From assembly GCF_964213995.1 (NCBI RefSeq), contig NC_135806.1, forward strand, positions 139,686,001 through 139,750,000: DNA of 64,000 nt. Direction: 5' to 3'. The notes beneath the pieces are model-generated. The model was not told the origin of the DNA and did no database searches. It saw only the letters and a list, made by a program, of their open reading frames with translations. A program made the translations under genes and the position numbers. This DNA comes from Mustelus asterias (taxonomy: Eukaryota). Below, piece by piece: positions 26,265-38,620 of this stretch (the stretch's first letter is position 1; every line of letters begins with the position of its first letter).

Positions 26265-26822
26265 TCCAACTTTATAGGACCCTGGTTAGACCCCACTTGG
26301 AGTACTGCGCGCAGTTCTGGTCACCTCATTACAGGAAAGATGTTGAAGCCATTGAAAGGGTGCAGAGGAGATTTACAAGGATGTTGCCTGGATTGGGGGG
26401 CATGCCTTATGAGGATAGGTTGAGGGAGCTTGGTCTCTTCTCCCTGGAGAGACGAAGGATGAGAGGTGACCTGATAGAGGTTTACAAGATGTTGAGAGGT
26501 CTGGATAGGGTAGACTCTCAGAGGCTATTTCCAAGGGCTGAAATGGTTGCTACGAGAGGACACAGGTTTAAGGTGCTGGGGGGTAGGTACAGAGGAGATG
26601 TCAGGGGTAAGTTTTTCACTCAGAGGGTGGTGGGTGAGTGGAATCGGCTGACGTCGGTGGTGGTGGAGGCAAACTCGTTGGGGTCTTTTAAGAGACTTCT
26701 GGATGAGTACATGGGATTTAATGGGATTGAGGGCTATAGATAGGCCTAGAGGTGGGGATGTGATCGGCGCAACTTGTGGGCCGAAGGGCCTGTTTGTGCT
26801 GTGGCTTTCTATGTTCTATGTT
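26265..26822 (+). mobile_element. CR1 LINE 3' fragment
   Basis: Open ORF2 C-terminus and ttctatg tail. Confidence 0.93.
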
Positions 26823-27255
26823 AACTAGTTCCTGATCAGTGGTTGCAGTTGAGTTTGTGCAGTGCTCTGGATTGTGGTATGATGGACTTACTCCAGCTGG
26901 TCACATAGGGATCAGCAATACTAATATCGTACAGTGTGATTTGACAAGCTAGTCGATTGTCCATCATTCCTGTATAGAAACATTGAGTCTCCCGGCTGGT
27001 AGATACCACGATGATAGAAATGAAAAGCAATGGAAGAATTGCAGTACGTATCTCAGCTTCCCAGTATTGGTGCCGTGTTATAACTGGAGTTCCACTCACT
27101 CTTGCGTTTAGTCTGAAATGATAAGAGCGTGTGAAATAGGAGCAGGCGTAGGCCATTCAGCCCCTCGAGCCTTCTCTGCCATTCAAGTATCAGGGCTCAT
27201 CTGTTTGTTTTGAATTCCACGATCCCACCTACCCTCAATAACCGAAATAAAGCAT

Positions 27256-28210
27256 GTCAGGACGTCAGTGCTGAGGGAGTGCCGCACTGTCAGAGGGTCA
27301 GTACTGAGGGAGTGCCGCACTGTCAGAGCGTCAGTACTGAGGGAGTGCTGCACTGTCAGAGGGTCAGTACTGAGGAAATGCTGCACTGTCAGAGGGTCAG
27401 TACTGAGGGAGTGCCGCACTGTCAGAGCGTCAGTACTGAGGGAGTGCCGCACTGTCAGGGGGTCAGTACTGAGGGAGTGCCGCACTGTCAGAACATCAGT
27501 GCTGAGGGAGTGCCGCACTGTCAGAGGGTCAGTACTGAGGGAGTGCTGCACTGTCAGAGGGTCAGTACTGAGGAAATGCTGCACTGTCAGAGGGTCAGTA
27601 CTGAGGGAGTGCCGCACTGTCAGGGGGTCAGTACTGAGGGAGTGCCGCACTGTCAGAACATCAGTGCTGAGGGAGTGACACACTGTCAGGGGGTCAGTAC
27701 TGAGCGAGTGCCGCACCGTCAAAGGGTCAGTACTGAGGGAGTGCCGCATTGTCAGAGGGTCAGTACTGAGGGAGTGCCGCATTGTCAGAGGGTCAGTACT
27801 GAGGGAGTGCTGCACTGTCAGAGCGTCAGTACTGAGGGAGTGCCGCACTGTCAGGGGGTCAGTACTGAGGGAGTGCCGCACTGTCAGGGGGTCAGTGCTG
27901 AGGGAGTGCCGCACTGTCAGCGGGTCAGTGGTGAGGGAATGCCGCACTGTCAGAAGGTCAGTGCTGAGGGAGTGCCGCACTGTCAGAGGGTCAGTGCTGA
28001 GGGAGTGCCGCACTGTCAGAGGGTCAGTGCAGAGGGAGTGCCGCACTGTCAGAGGGTCAGTGCTGAGGGAGTGCCGCACTGTCAGAGGGTCAGTACTGAG
28101 GGAGTGCCGCACTGTCAGAGGGTCAGTGCTGAGGGAGTGCTGCACTGTCAGAGCGTCAGTGCTGAGGGAGTGCCACACTGTCAGAGGGTCAGTGCTGAGG
28201 GAGTGCCGCA
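27256..28210 (+). repeat. 33-bp minisatellite, about 29 copies
   Basis: Unit gagggagtgccgcactgtcagagggtcagtact; gives 11-aa periodic ORFs. Confidence 0.95.
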
Positions 28211-28276
28211 ATCTGTCTGCTTGGGAACATCAAAGATCCCGAGCTGTTACTTTGAAACAGAGCAGGGGGACATTCT

Positions 28277-28855
28277 CAAACAAAAGTGCAGCACAGGAAC
28301 AGGCCATTCGGCCCTCCAAGCCTGTGCCGAACATGATGCCCTCACTGAACTAAAAAAAACCTTCTGCCCTTACTCAGTCCGTATCCCTCTATTCTCTCCC
28401 TATTCATGGATCCATCCAGATGCCTCTTAAATGTTGCTAATGTGCCTGCTTCCACCACCTCCTCTGGCAGCGCGTTCCAGGCACCCACCACTCTCTGCGT
28501 GAAAAACTTCCCTCGCACATCTCCCTTAAACTTTCCCCCTCTCACCTTGAACCTGTGCCCCATTGTAATTGACACTTCCACCCTGGGGAAAAAGCCTCTG
28601 ACTATCCACCCTGTCTGTGCCTCTCATAATTTTGTAGACCCTCTATCAGGTTTCCCCTCAGCCTCTGTCTTTCCAGTGAAAACAATCCTAGTTTATTCAA
28701 CCTCTCCTCATAGCCAACACCCTCAAGACCAGGCAACATCCTGGTGAAGCTTCTTTGCGCTCTCTCCAAAGCTTCCACGTCCTTCTGGTAGTGTGGTGAC
28801 CAGAACGGCACGCAATACTCCAAATGCGGCCTAACCAAGGTTTTATATAGCTGCA
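28277..28855 (-). mobile_element. CR1 LINE 3' fragment inserted in a DeuSINE-like element
   Basis: ORF2 C-terminal motifs; the flanks join into a Deu-like domain. Confidence 0.9.
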
Positions 28856-29095
28856 ATGATGTCCTGACCAATATTTAGCTCTTACTAAAAAACATTATCT
28901 GGTCAGTGTCACATTGCCACTTGTGGGATCTTGCTGTGCACAAATTGGCTGCCAGGTTAAAACTTCAATGAAAGGACGTTATTGGTTGTGGAGTGCTTTG
29001 AGTCGTCCTGAGGTGGTGACAGGCGCTGGGTAAATGCAGCTCGTCCCTGTGTAGCTGATCCAATTCGCTGCTCTAATCTTCCTTCTGTCCTTTAG

Positions 29096-29199
29096 CCCCA
29101 CAGGACTGAAGAAGTTCTACTCTCTGTCCTACCTGTGGTACAGCGGGCACAACGCAGCCACCGTGGTCATCGTGGGACTGCTGGTCAGCTTCTTAACAG
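29096..29199 (+). CDS. slc5a6: SLC5A6 coding exon
   Basis: ctttag|...|gtaagg; (S)[34 protein letters not shown]; 104 bp, phase 2-1. Confidence 0.95.
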
Positions 29200-30012
29200 G
29201 TAAGGTTCAGTGTGTCAGCGCCTTGTCCCAGTAATGTCCTGATTCAGCGACCCACCTCGAGCATGGCACTGTGGGGGTTACTTCACTGAGTGAGTAACTC
29301 GCAATGTGAGTTCAGATGGTAGTTTGTCAATTTGAATTCAGTTTCAATGGCAGGTATCAGTAAGAGTGGCCCCAGAGATTATCGTACCTGGCTCACTAAT
29401 GTTTCTTAGTGTAGGTAATCCAACCATCATTAACCGGTCCGGTCTGTAAGTCCCATGCCTGACCCTAAACTGATCTCGGACTTGGTGTCAGTTGTACCAA
29501 ACTGCTACAACACAGCAGTTCCAGAAGGTCTACCACCATCTGCTGAAGATCATGCAGAGGTGGACAGTGAATGGGTGGAACCCAAGAATGCTGAATTAGT
29601 GCAAACAAAATCCCTTCAGCTCTTTAACCAGCGGAGGAACTGTTTGTGGTCGGGGGTGGGGGGATGTTATTAACCAGAGGGCACAGCGGTTGACAAAAGA
29701 ACCAGAGGAGGAGATGAGGAGAAACATTTTAATGCAGTGAGGTGTGACTGCAATCCTGTAACAGAGTGGTCGACTCTTAACTGCCCCTGAAGTGACCAAG
29801 CAGGAGACTGTCCATATACGGTACAAAATACATACTACCTGGCAGAGTGTGTGTGTGTACCCATCTGTATTAGTGTGTGCTCGTCTGTATTAGTGTGTGT
29901 GTGTGCGTCTGTCTGTCTGTCTGTAATAGTGTGCGTCTGTGTGCGTCAGTGTCTACAACATCTTTTATAGAGAGACACTGAACTGTGTGGCTGACCTCTG
30001 TTCATATTCTAG

Positions 30013-30134
30013 GTCCAATGAAAGGGGAGGATGTGAATCCCTCGACTGTTGTTCCAGTTCTGCGTTACCTGCTCTTCTTCCTTCCTGAGCGATGCAAGGA
30101 GAAGCTGAGCTGTGGGGTTCGCTATCAGCCAGCG
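30013..30134 (+). CDS. slc5a6: SLC5A6 penultimate coding exon
   Basis: ttctag|...|gtaagt; (G)PMKGEDVNPSTVVPVLRYLLFFLPERCKEKLSCGVRYQPA; 122 bp, phase 1-0. Confidence 0.92.
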
Positions 30135-30476
30135 GTAAGTACAAAACCGTTTGTTCTTTATTTCACTCACTCCCTCCTTGTGTTGGCTAAACCCATCAAT
30201 TGGCTAAGCACTCAAAACCTTCCCACAGGCTACAGCTTTGTTGTCCTTTGAGTGAGGGCCCAGTCTATCAGTTCACTTTGATAATGTTTCTCAGTGCTGT
30301 ATGCCAATAGGATCGCTCTTATTCCTGTGAACTCCACATGTTCTACATCATTTATCATCCTTCCCTGGTTCCATTCTGAAGGAAGAATCTTGAAACATTT
30401 TCCCAGTTGTGTGCAAAGGTACAATTGAAGTGTCAGTTTGCTGTGAAGCCTGATTCCTCATCGTCCTTTTCCCGTA

Positions 30477-30790
30477 GGGTGACACGGTGGCACGGTGGTT
30501 TAGCACTGCTGCCTCACAGCGCCAGGGACCCGGGTTCAATTCCAGCCTCGGGTCACTGTCTGTCTGGAGTTTGCATGTTCTCCCGTTTCTGCGTGGGTTT
30601 CCTCCGGGTGCTCCGGTTTCCTCCCACAGTCTGAAAGATGTGCTGGTTAGGGTGCATCGGCCATGCTAAATTCTCCCTCAGTGTACCCGAACAGGCGCCA
30701 GAGTGTGGCGACTTGGGGATTTTCACAGTAACTTCATTGCAGTGTTAATATAAGCCTTACTTGTGACACTAATAAATAAACTTTACTTTA
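30477..30790 (+). mobile_element. SINE type B abutting the last slc5a6 acceptor
   Basis: Full head, core and tail; ends about 16 nt before the AG at 30807-30808. Confidence 0.88.
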
Positions 30791-30808
30791 TATTTCTCAC
30801 CCGCGCAG

Positions 30809-30970
30809 CACGATGAACCCAGCTTCCAGCGTTCTCTGGTGCCGACCAAAGAGCCAAACGGTGTGATAAGCAAGGAGCTTGCTCCAGGGGGAGAAGCTGA
30901 GCCATCGAAGGCGATGGGAATCGGGAAGGAAGAGCAGGTGGCGGTGGTTCTGCAGGAGACGTCTCTGTGA
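30809..30970 (+). CDS. slc5a6: SLC5A6 terminal coding exon
   Basis: gcgcag|CACGAT...CTG TGA; HDEPSFQRSLVPTKEPNGVISKELAPGGEAEPSKAMGIGKEEQVAVVLQETSL*; LQETSL matches the human SMVT C-terminus. Confidence 0.93.
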   Translation, partial: HDEPSFQRSLVPTKEPNGVISKELAPGGEAEPSKAMGIGKEEQVAVVLQETSL

Positions 30971-32229
30971 GGGTGGATCCCACACGATTACTTAATCCAG
31001 ACGTAGACGGTGCTGGGAGAGTGAAACATTTTGACCATCTTTGAACAGCAAGACGCTTGCAGGATAACAACAGACCCACTCTTTGCAGGTTGTTGGGGGT
31101 CTTGTATAGCGCTTTGTCTTTGCTACCGTTTGGAGCAAATACAGAATTGGATGAATAATAAATGGGGGGGCGGTGGAGGGATGACCTTAGCTAACTAATT
31201 GCCACTGAGCCAAGGAACAGCTCGAATTAACAGGTGGTGCTTTGCCAGCCGGCGGGTTTCAGCCGGGCAGTTAAATGTCACGACTGTCCCTGTTGCTGAT
31301 ATCTGCTCGGGGACCGGGTATTTTTTTTGTGACATTTTCATCGCTCAGGAAACTTTCTGAAAAGTTGCCCCTCGACCAAATGTGATTTTGGAGTTGGGGG
31401 TGGGTGTTGGGTGGGGGAAGAGAGAGGGGCAGCCCAGGCATTTCCTTGTCCCCAGTTTTCGGGCCGCATGTTGGGTGGGCAGTTTGTTTCCTCTTTAATT
31501 TGGTACTTTGTGGTTTTCTGAATTAAGACCCACGAGTGTCAGCAGCGACAGGTGGGAACTGTCCTCCTGCTGCCGGCAGATGTCTGTCTCTTGTGGTTTT
31601 GAGTTCGGTTCCAAACTCACTATGATTTTTGTTGTACCTGAACCCAATCCAGGGACCCTCACCGGCCCGAAATTTCCATTATTGCTGCTTTGTAATCTGT
31701 TGAGATGAGACGTAAGCACAACCTGAACTGCATATCGCCTCTTGCCCTTTCTGATTTATCTCCCCCACCCTGTCTGTATCTGTTCTGCTGACCGAGGTGA
31801 GATTGCGGGTGTTTGAGATAGTGGGGGATCTGCCAATTCCCTTCAGTCTACAGTGCAGCACTTCCAAAGCTCCCGTTGAGTTATAAATATATTTTAAGCA
31901 TTAGATGTCAGCCCTGACTCTGTGGAAAACACTTGGCCTCTCAGTAAGAAGGTCATGGGATCACATCCCACCCCCAAAGACCCGAGCAGAAGTTCCAGGC
32001 TGACGCTGCCAGTGCTGTGCTGAGGAACCGCTGCACTGTCGACTGAGCCGCCTTTCAGATTGCACTTTAAACTGATAGCACTCACCTGGATGTGAAGGGC
32101 TTTGCAGAAGGGCAGGGGAGTTCTCCCCATTGCCCCGCAGCCAGTATTTGATGGAACAGGCTCGAGGGGCTGAATGGCCTTCTGTTCCTGTGTTCCTCAC
32201 ACATCTGAGCTAGCGGAGAAAGGAGGAAT

Positions 32230-33030
32230 AACAGCAGAAAATGCTGGAAATACTCAGCAGGTCTGGCAGCTTCTGGGGAGAGAGAAACAGAGTTAACAGA
32301 GTAAAGGGCCTGGGACCTTTCACCTGAATGAAAAATAGTCGAAGATGTAATGGAGAAGTGAAAGAGGAAGGCTGGGTAAAAGAGGAGAATGGTGATGAGC
32401 CGGAAAGCAGCAGAGATTAAATGAAAAAGGTTTCGTGTCGCAAGACCCAAGGGAATGGGTAATGGGACAAGTAAAGGAATAAAGATATGACTAGAAGAGG
32501 TGTGAATGGCAGGTGGAATACCTGCCATCCAGAACCAAAGGAAATCAGTGAGAAAATAGAGGGAAGTAAAACAAGCCAACAGAGAGAAGAAACAAAATGA
32601 GGGCAGAGATTAGGATCTAATATTGTTGAACTTAAAGATGATAGAATCCCTACTGTGCAGGAGGGGACCATTCAGCCTCTTATTCTCCGATAGAGCATCT
32701 AACCCATGCCTTACCCACCCTATCCCCGTAATTCCACACGTTGATCATGGCCAATCCACCTAACCTGCACATCTTTGGACTGTGGGAAGAAACCGGAGCA
32801 CCCGGAGGAAACCCACGCAGACACGGGGAGAATGTGCAAATTCCACACAGACAATTACCCGAGGCCGGAATTGAACCCGAGACCCTGGCGCTGTGAGGCA
32901 GCAGTGCTAACCACTGTGCCATTGAGTCCAGAAGACTAAGTACCCAGTCAAAAGATGAGGTGATGTTCCTCGAGCTTGGTTGAGCTTTGTTGGAACACTG
33001 TAGCAGACCAAGGGCACTGTAGCAGACCAA
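32230..33030 (-). mobile_element. Penelope-like fragment interrupted by SINE type A (about 32640-32920)
   Basis: Minus strand reads KLEEHHLIF-like GIY-YIG C-terminus on one side of the SINE and ..KFNN on the other; terminal gctgccagacctgctgagtatttccagc. Confidence 0.6.
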
Positions 33031-34710
33031 GGGCAGAAAGGTCAAATTGAGAGTAAGGTGGAGAATTAAAATCACCCGTCAGTTTTGCACAATTATCGTG
33101 CTACTGGAGGAAGCCATTTGGTCCATTAAGTCCATGTCTAGCTTTCTGCAGAGCAATCCTGCCAGTCCCATTTCCCCGCGGTATCTCAGTAGCCCTAACT
33201 TATCCCAGCTCTGGTCATAGGCCTGAAAGGTTAACTCTCCTTCTCCCTCCATAGTTGCTGCCAGACCTGCTGAGGATTTCCAGCGTTTTTAGTTTTTATT
33301 TCAGATTTTTAACGTTCGTAGTATTTTGCTTTTTGTGTTTGAAGAAAGGCAGCGAAGTTGTTAACGCAGCGTCCTTCATTCAGAATCCCATCCTGAAGCC
33401 ACTCCCAAGTCTGTGAATCCAACAAACTCGTTATACTCCAGGCACAGATCACATCAACAACCTCAGAGACATTCTAGATTTCTGTGCAAGTCATAAAAGT
33501 GTTGCAACTTTGGGTGTGTCTTGGGTATGACCCCAGTGTGATCATTTGCTGCCTTTTCAGTGGTCTGATAGAAGTTTGATACCCACTGCCCTGTGTGTAT
33601 GAGCCCGGGTAGTACAATAACTAAACTCTTCCTGAGATCCTCTGATCTCTCTGGAGCCAGACCAACAGGCTCGATTGGTCAATTTGCATTTTCTGTTTGC
33701 TTTATTCCGATTGTTTAGGAAGCGAGATGGGCAGATCTACAATTTCCAAAAATAAAGAAGCTGCTTGCTAAAGCAGAAAGCGCAAACTCTCCCTGAGCAG
33801 GGAGTGATGCCCTCCCCTGTCTGCCAGGCTGACTTCCTGCCCCCCGATTCTCGTGCTTCTGCCTGACTCGTTAAACTCAGAGTCGTTTGCTGCTAAACTT
33901 CATCTCAAACGGCCAGCTGCTGCCTCTGAATTGGTCATTGCCCAGAATCTGTACAAAAATAAACAGCTGCCCGCCCCACATTTAATTCACTCCTCGCCTT
34001 CCTGTGCCTCACCCTGAGGCTATCTGGGGAAATTAACCCACTTTTTCTGGCACCTCGTTAAGGAACAATTTCTCCTGGGGAAATGGCGATTATTGATCGT
34101 GTTGCATTTAGCAAGCGTTCAGTGGACCATGGTAATTATGCTTGGAGACTGCAGGTAGTGTCAGAGGTTAATGTCATCTCATTATTAAATCAGGAGGGGG
34201 GGGTGGTGCTGTGTTGACGCTCCTGTCACACTTGTCTTCACGATACACCGGTATTCAGCGAGCATGTTCACTGCACCAGGCTTCCCTCGACATTGAACCA
34301 TAACACGAGGCACTGAATGGAGACCTGCTTTGTAACTCCCGTCGAGTGCAATGTCAGTTCCTGACAGTCCCGTCCTGCACACTTCAGCTCTGACTTCTCC
34401 CCAGTGTGAGCAAGAGGTGATACCAGCACATGGAGGGACACTAAACACCAGACAGAGGTCTCACCTTTCGCCCACTTCTGGTCTCTGCAATTTTTGGCAA
34501 TGTGGGAAGTAATTTTCTCACAGTGAGAATCTTTATTGTTTGTAGATTTGTCTCATCCCTGGTCATAAATGCGGGTTGTGGTAACACTATTGTTACTGGA
34601 CTATAATCCAGCAAATCCCGCCGTGACATTTGGAAAATATAAACTGGGAATATAAAGCTTAAATCAGTAAAAATGATCAGATTGATCTAAAACCAACCTG
34701 CCCTAAACCC

Positions 34711-35005
34711 GGGCGGCACGGGGCCTCACAGCGCCAAGGAACCAGGTTCGAATCTGGCCTCGGCTCACTGTCTGTGTGCAGTTTGCACATTCTCCTCGTG
34801 TCTGCGTGGGTTTCCTCCGGGTGCTCCGGTTTCCTCCTGCAGTCCAAAGATGTGCGGGTTAGGTTGATTGGCCATGCTAAATTGCCCCTTAGTGTCAAGG
34901 GGATTAGGAGGGTAAATGGGGTTGTGGGGATAGGGCCTGGGTGGGATTGTGGTCGGTGCAGTCTCGATGGGCCAAATGGCCTCCTTCTGCACTGTAGGAA
35001 TTCTG
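34711..35005 (+). mobile_element. SINE type A
   Basis: B-box, core and CR1-type tail. Confidence 0.85.
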
Positions 35006-35749
35006 AAGTTCATTCATATTCTTTAGAGGAGGAAGGGGTAAGGGCGCCTCCTTACCCACTCTCGGCTTATATCTGACCACTTCACAGCAAAATGCTTGAT
35101 TCGTAACTGGACCCTGAAGTGGCCGAGAGAACCACTCGGTCACCATTGTCCAAGAAGGAGGGCCTGCACCACCTTAAGGCCACACTAGAGTTGGGCAGTC
35201 AATACAAGTCTTGCCAGTGATGCCCATCATCCAGGGAGCAATTGTTCATCTTAAAACAACGATGCTGCAAGAAATTCAAACCCAGCCCTCAACCCTTTTG
35301 TCTGCATTAGCTGAGGCCCTTTCACACTTGCCCAACATCACCAGTAAAGGGGTGGAACACTGAAAGCAAAGGAGTGTTTAAAACCCAAAGATTCTCAGCC
35401 AATACTCGCCCACATCAGAGGCCAAGGAGTCAAACTGTGAACCCATTGCTGGGCAAAGTTTAAACCAGACTTACGTCAAAGAGAAGCTTTTCTCACAAGG
35501 CACAGATAATTTAATTTTAATTTATGATACATTTAATTATTGTTTATCTGCACACTTTAGAATAATATGCTGTAGTTTACAGATACGATTTAAATCTTAT
35601 TCTGTGCAGATTTTTAAATTTGTCTTTAACAAGAGCCACATTGAGTTTTATTAAGTAATGTGGCTCAACAGTTTTAAGATAATTAATTTGTTCAGAGCGT
35701 ATGGATGTATCATGCCAATATATTACTTTGTATGTGGACTTGTAGACAG

Positions 35750-35945
35750 CATACCGTGTGTGTACACAGCATGGCGTACCATGTGCACACACACACTGTG
35801 ACATACTGTGTGCGCATACAGCATTGTGTACCATGTGCGTGTACATTGTGGTGTTCTGTGTGCGCGCACAGCGTGGCGTATCGTGTGCGTGAACAGCATG
35901 ACGTTCTGCGTGCACGCACAGCGTGGCATGCCGTGCGCGCACACA
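35750..35945. repeat. Degenerate alternating purine-pyrimidine tandem repeat
   Basis: Recurring acagcatggcgtaccatgtgc-like units rich in TG, CA and CG. Confidence 0.7.
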
Positions 35946-36624
35946 GTATCATAATGTGTATTTGTGTTCAAAGTATATTGTCTGGTCTAACCAAGTTGTT
36001 AAATTTCAGTGTGTATATGTAGTGTTTATGATTCCATGTGGCTGTGCTGCTGGCACTAGCATTTGGTGTATTTTATGTTTTGTTGTCCTGCATGTTTGGG
36101 GAAGGTTTTGTAATGGTGTCCGGACTCTCAGAAGGACATGTTGAACACAGAGTCGATGGTGGATAATCAATCAGCACAGTATCTGGGCTGGCACCGGAGT
36201 GAACAAAAATGACCTTGAAAGCTGTAAGCTTGCTCTAACAGGCCAGGAGTTTGGTTAAGAGTACAGTAATGTAGAGGTCATGTTAATGCACTAACAATCC
36301 AGAAAGCTGAACTGATGAGTTTAAATCCCAACACTGCAGCTGAGATTTAAACTCAGTTGATAAATTAATCAGGAATACAGAATTAATCTCAATAATAACG
36401 GTGACCATGAAACTGCCGGATTGCTGCCTAAATCCACCTGGTACAATAATGGCGGCAGATTCCCATCCCTAAAGGACATTTGTGAGCGGTATGGGTTTTT
36501 ACAACAATCGATAGTTTCATGTCACCAAGTACAGATTTTTAAAAATTCATTAAATTTATTAACTGAGTTTAAATTCCACCAGCTACCATGGTGGGATTCG
36601 AACCCTGAGAATTAGTCTGGGTGA

Positions 36625-37610
36625 AAGTAAAATACTGCAGATGCTGGAATCTGAAACAAAAACAGAAAACGCTGGAAAGTCTCGACAGATCTGACGGCAT
36701 CTGTGGAGAGAGAATAAAGCCAATGTTTCGAGTCTGGATGACCCTATGTCAGAGCTAAAGACAAAGAAAATAGAATGAGATATATACTGTGGGGGAGGGA
36801 GGGATGTGGTTGTGTAACTGACCGAGATATATCCAAAAAGACAAAGGGAATGTAAATGGTGGTGATAAAGGCCGGGAATGGTGCTAATAGCGTCCATTAA
36901 GAGATCGGAATGTGTAAATGGCAGAAAAATGGTGCAGAGTGTGGAAGGACAACCTGAGGAACGTGGCAGATGGCCCCAGTGGGATAGGGGACAAGATGGA
37001 AAGCAAGATTTAGAAGTGGACAAATAAAGCGAAGAAAGAAATTAAAAATGTATAGTAAGAGTATAAAGTAATAAAAATAGATTAATAAGATAAAAAGAAA
37101 TGAAATAAAATAAAACAAATGGAGTGGAGGAGAGAGTTCATGCTTTGAAGTTGTTGATTTCAATTTTCAGTCTTGAAGGCGGTAGGTGAGATGCTGTCCC
37201 TCCAGTTTGGGTTGGGATTCACTAGAACATTGCAACCGGCCAAGGATGGACATGTGGACAGGATGGTGTGTTGAAATAACAAATGACAGGAAGATTTGGG
37301 TCCTGCTTGTGGACTGACTAGAATGCCTTTTTTTCTTACCCCACCAAGTGGGGCCATCTGCCACGTTCCTCAGGTTGTCCTTCCACACTCCGCACCACTT
37401 TTCTGCCATTTACACATTCCGATCTTTAAATGGACGCTATTAGCATCATTCCCGGCCTTTACCACCACCATTTACATTCCCTTTGTCTTTTTGTCTATGA
37501 CATCTTGGTCAGTTACACAACGTCTCACCCTGACAGTATAAATCTCATCCTATTTTGTCTTTAACACTGACGAGGGGGTCATCCAGGCTCAAAGCGTTGG
37601 CTCTATTCTG
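36625..37610. mobile_element. Penelope-like element with long inverted arms
   Basis: About 36710-36985 is the reverse complement of about 37345-37610; the spacer carries KLEGQHLTYRL and EINNFKA on the minus strand. Confidence 0.7.
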
Positions 37611-38620
37611 ACATAAACTGCGACAAACTTGACTTGTCTACCCTTGGACTTTTAGAAGATTGAGGAGTGACCTGATTGAAGTAGATACAGAAAAACTGTC
37701 GTCTCTGGTGGTGGAATTGAGAGCAAGGGGTCACAATCTTTAGAGTGTTTTGGGAGGATATCAGGAAGCATTTTTTCACACACGGGCCAGTGGAGATCTG
37801 AAACACACTCCAAAATACCCCAAATCAGCGGGAGCTTTAAAACTGAGATAAGTAGATCTTTGTAGTTAGGCCATCGAGAGCCTGTTCATATTTTTTCAAC
37901 TCTGGTTCAGAGTCTGTTTATTTAATTATTAGATATTAATCATTGGGGCCAAATTTTGACAACTCGTTTCAGTTTGCCATCCCTGACAGCCAAGCTTTGA
38001 AGTATTTTATTGATGACAGAAAGCCTGAGGAACCTTTTATATGTGTGTACCTCTGAAGGAGGCCTCTTTTAAACAGCTTCATTTAATCATTTATTTTGGG
38101 GGAGGCAGTGGTTTTGTGGTAATGTAAATAAAGTAAAGTTAATAAAGTTTATTTATTAGTCACAAGTAAGGCTTACATTAACACTGCAATGAAGTTACTG
38201 TGAAATTCCCCTCGTCGCCACATTCCAACACCTGTTCGGGTCAATGCACCCTAACCAGCACATCTTTCACTGGATTAGTAACCTGGAGGCTCTGGAGACA
38301 TGGGTTCAAATCCCATCACGGCAGCTTGTGGAATTTGAATTAAATCAGTAAGACCATGAGAAATAGGAACAGGAGTTGGCCATTCGGTCCCTCGAGCCTC
38401 CTGCACCATTCAATAGGATCATGGCTGATCTGACATTCCTCACTTCCACTATCCTGGCCTTTCCCGTAACCCTTGATTCCCTGACTGATCAAAAATCTAT
38501 CTCAGCCTTAAATGTACACAAGGACTTTGTCCCTACAGCTCCCTGTGACAAGGAGTTCCAAAGACTCAACCCTCAGAGAGAAGAAATTCCTCCTCATCTC
38601 AGTCTTCAACTGACGCTCCT

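Noticed and set aside
25531-26822. Head-to-head CR1 fragments as a twin-priming inversion
   Set aside because: Both carry their own 3' tails, cover the same ORF2 region and differ in sequence, so they are independent insertions.
27256-28210. CRISPR-like appearance of the 33-bp (and 59-bp) arrays
   Set aside because: Head-to-tail tandem units with no unique spacers, no cas genes, and a eukaryotic context.
27183-28430. 342-aa and 406-aa ORFs with 11-aa periodicity (Cys/His repeats)
   Set aside because: By-product of a stop-free 33-bp minisatellite inside an slc5a6 intron; no gene structure.
31157-31162. AATAAA as the slc5a6 poly(A) signal
   Set aside because: No clear GU-rich downstream element, and other hexamers occur at about 33751 and 33958; the 3' end cannot be fixed from sequence alone.
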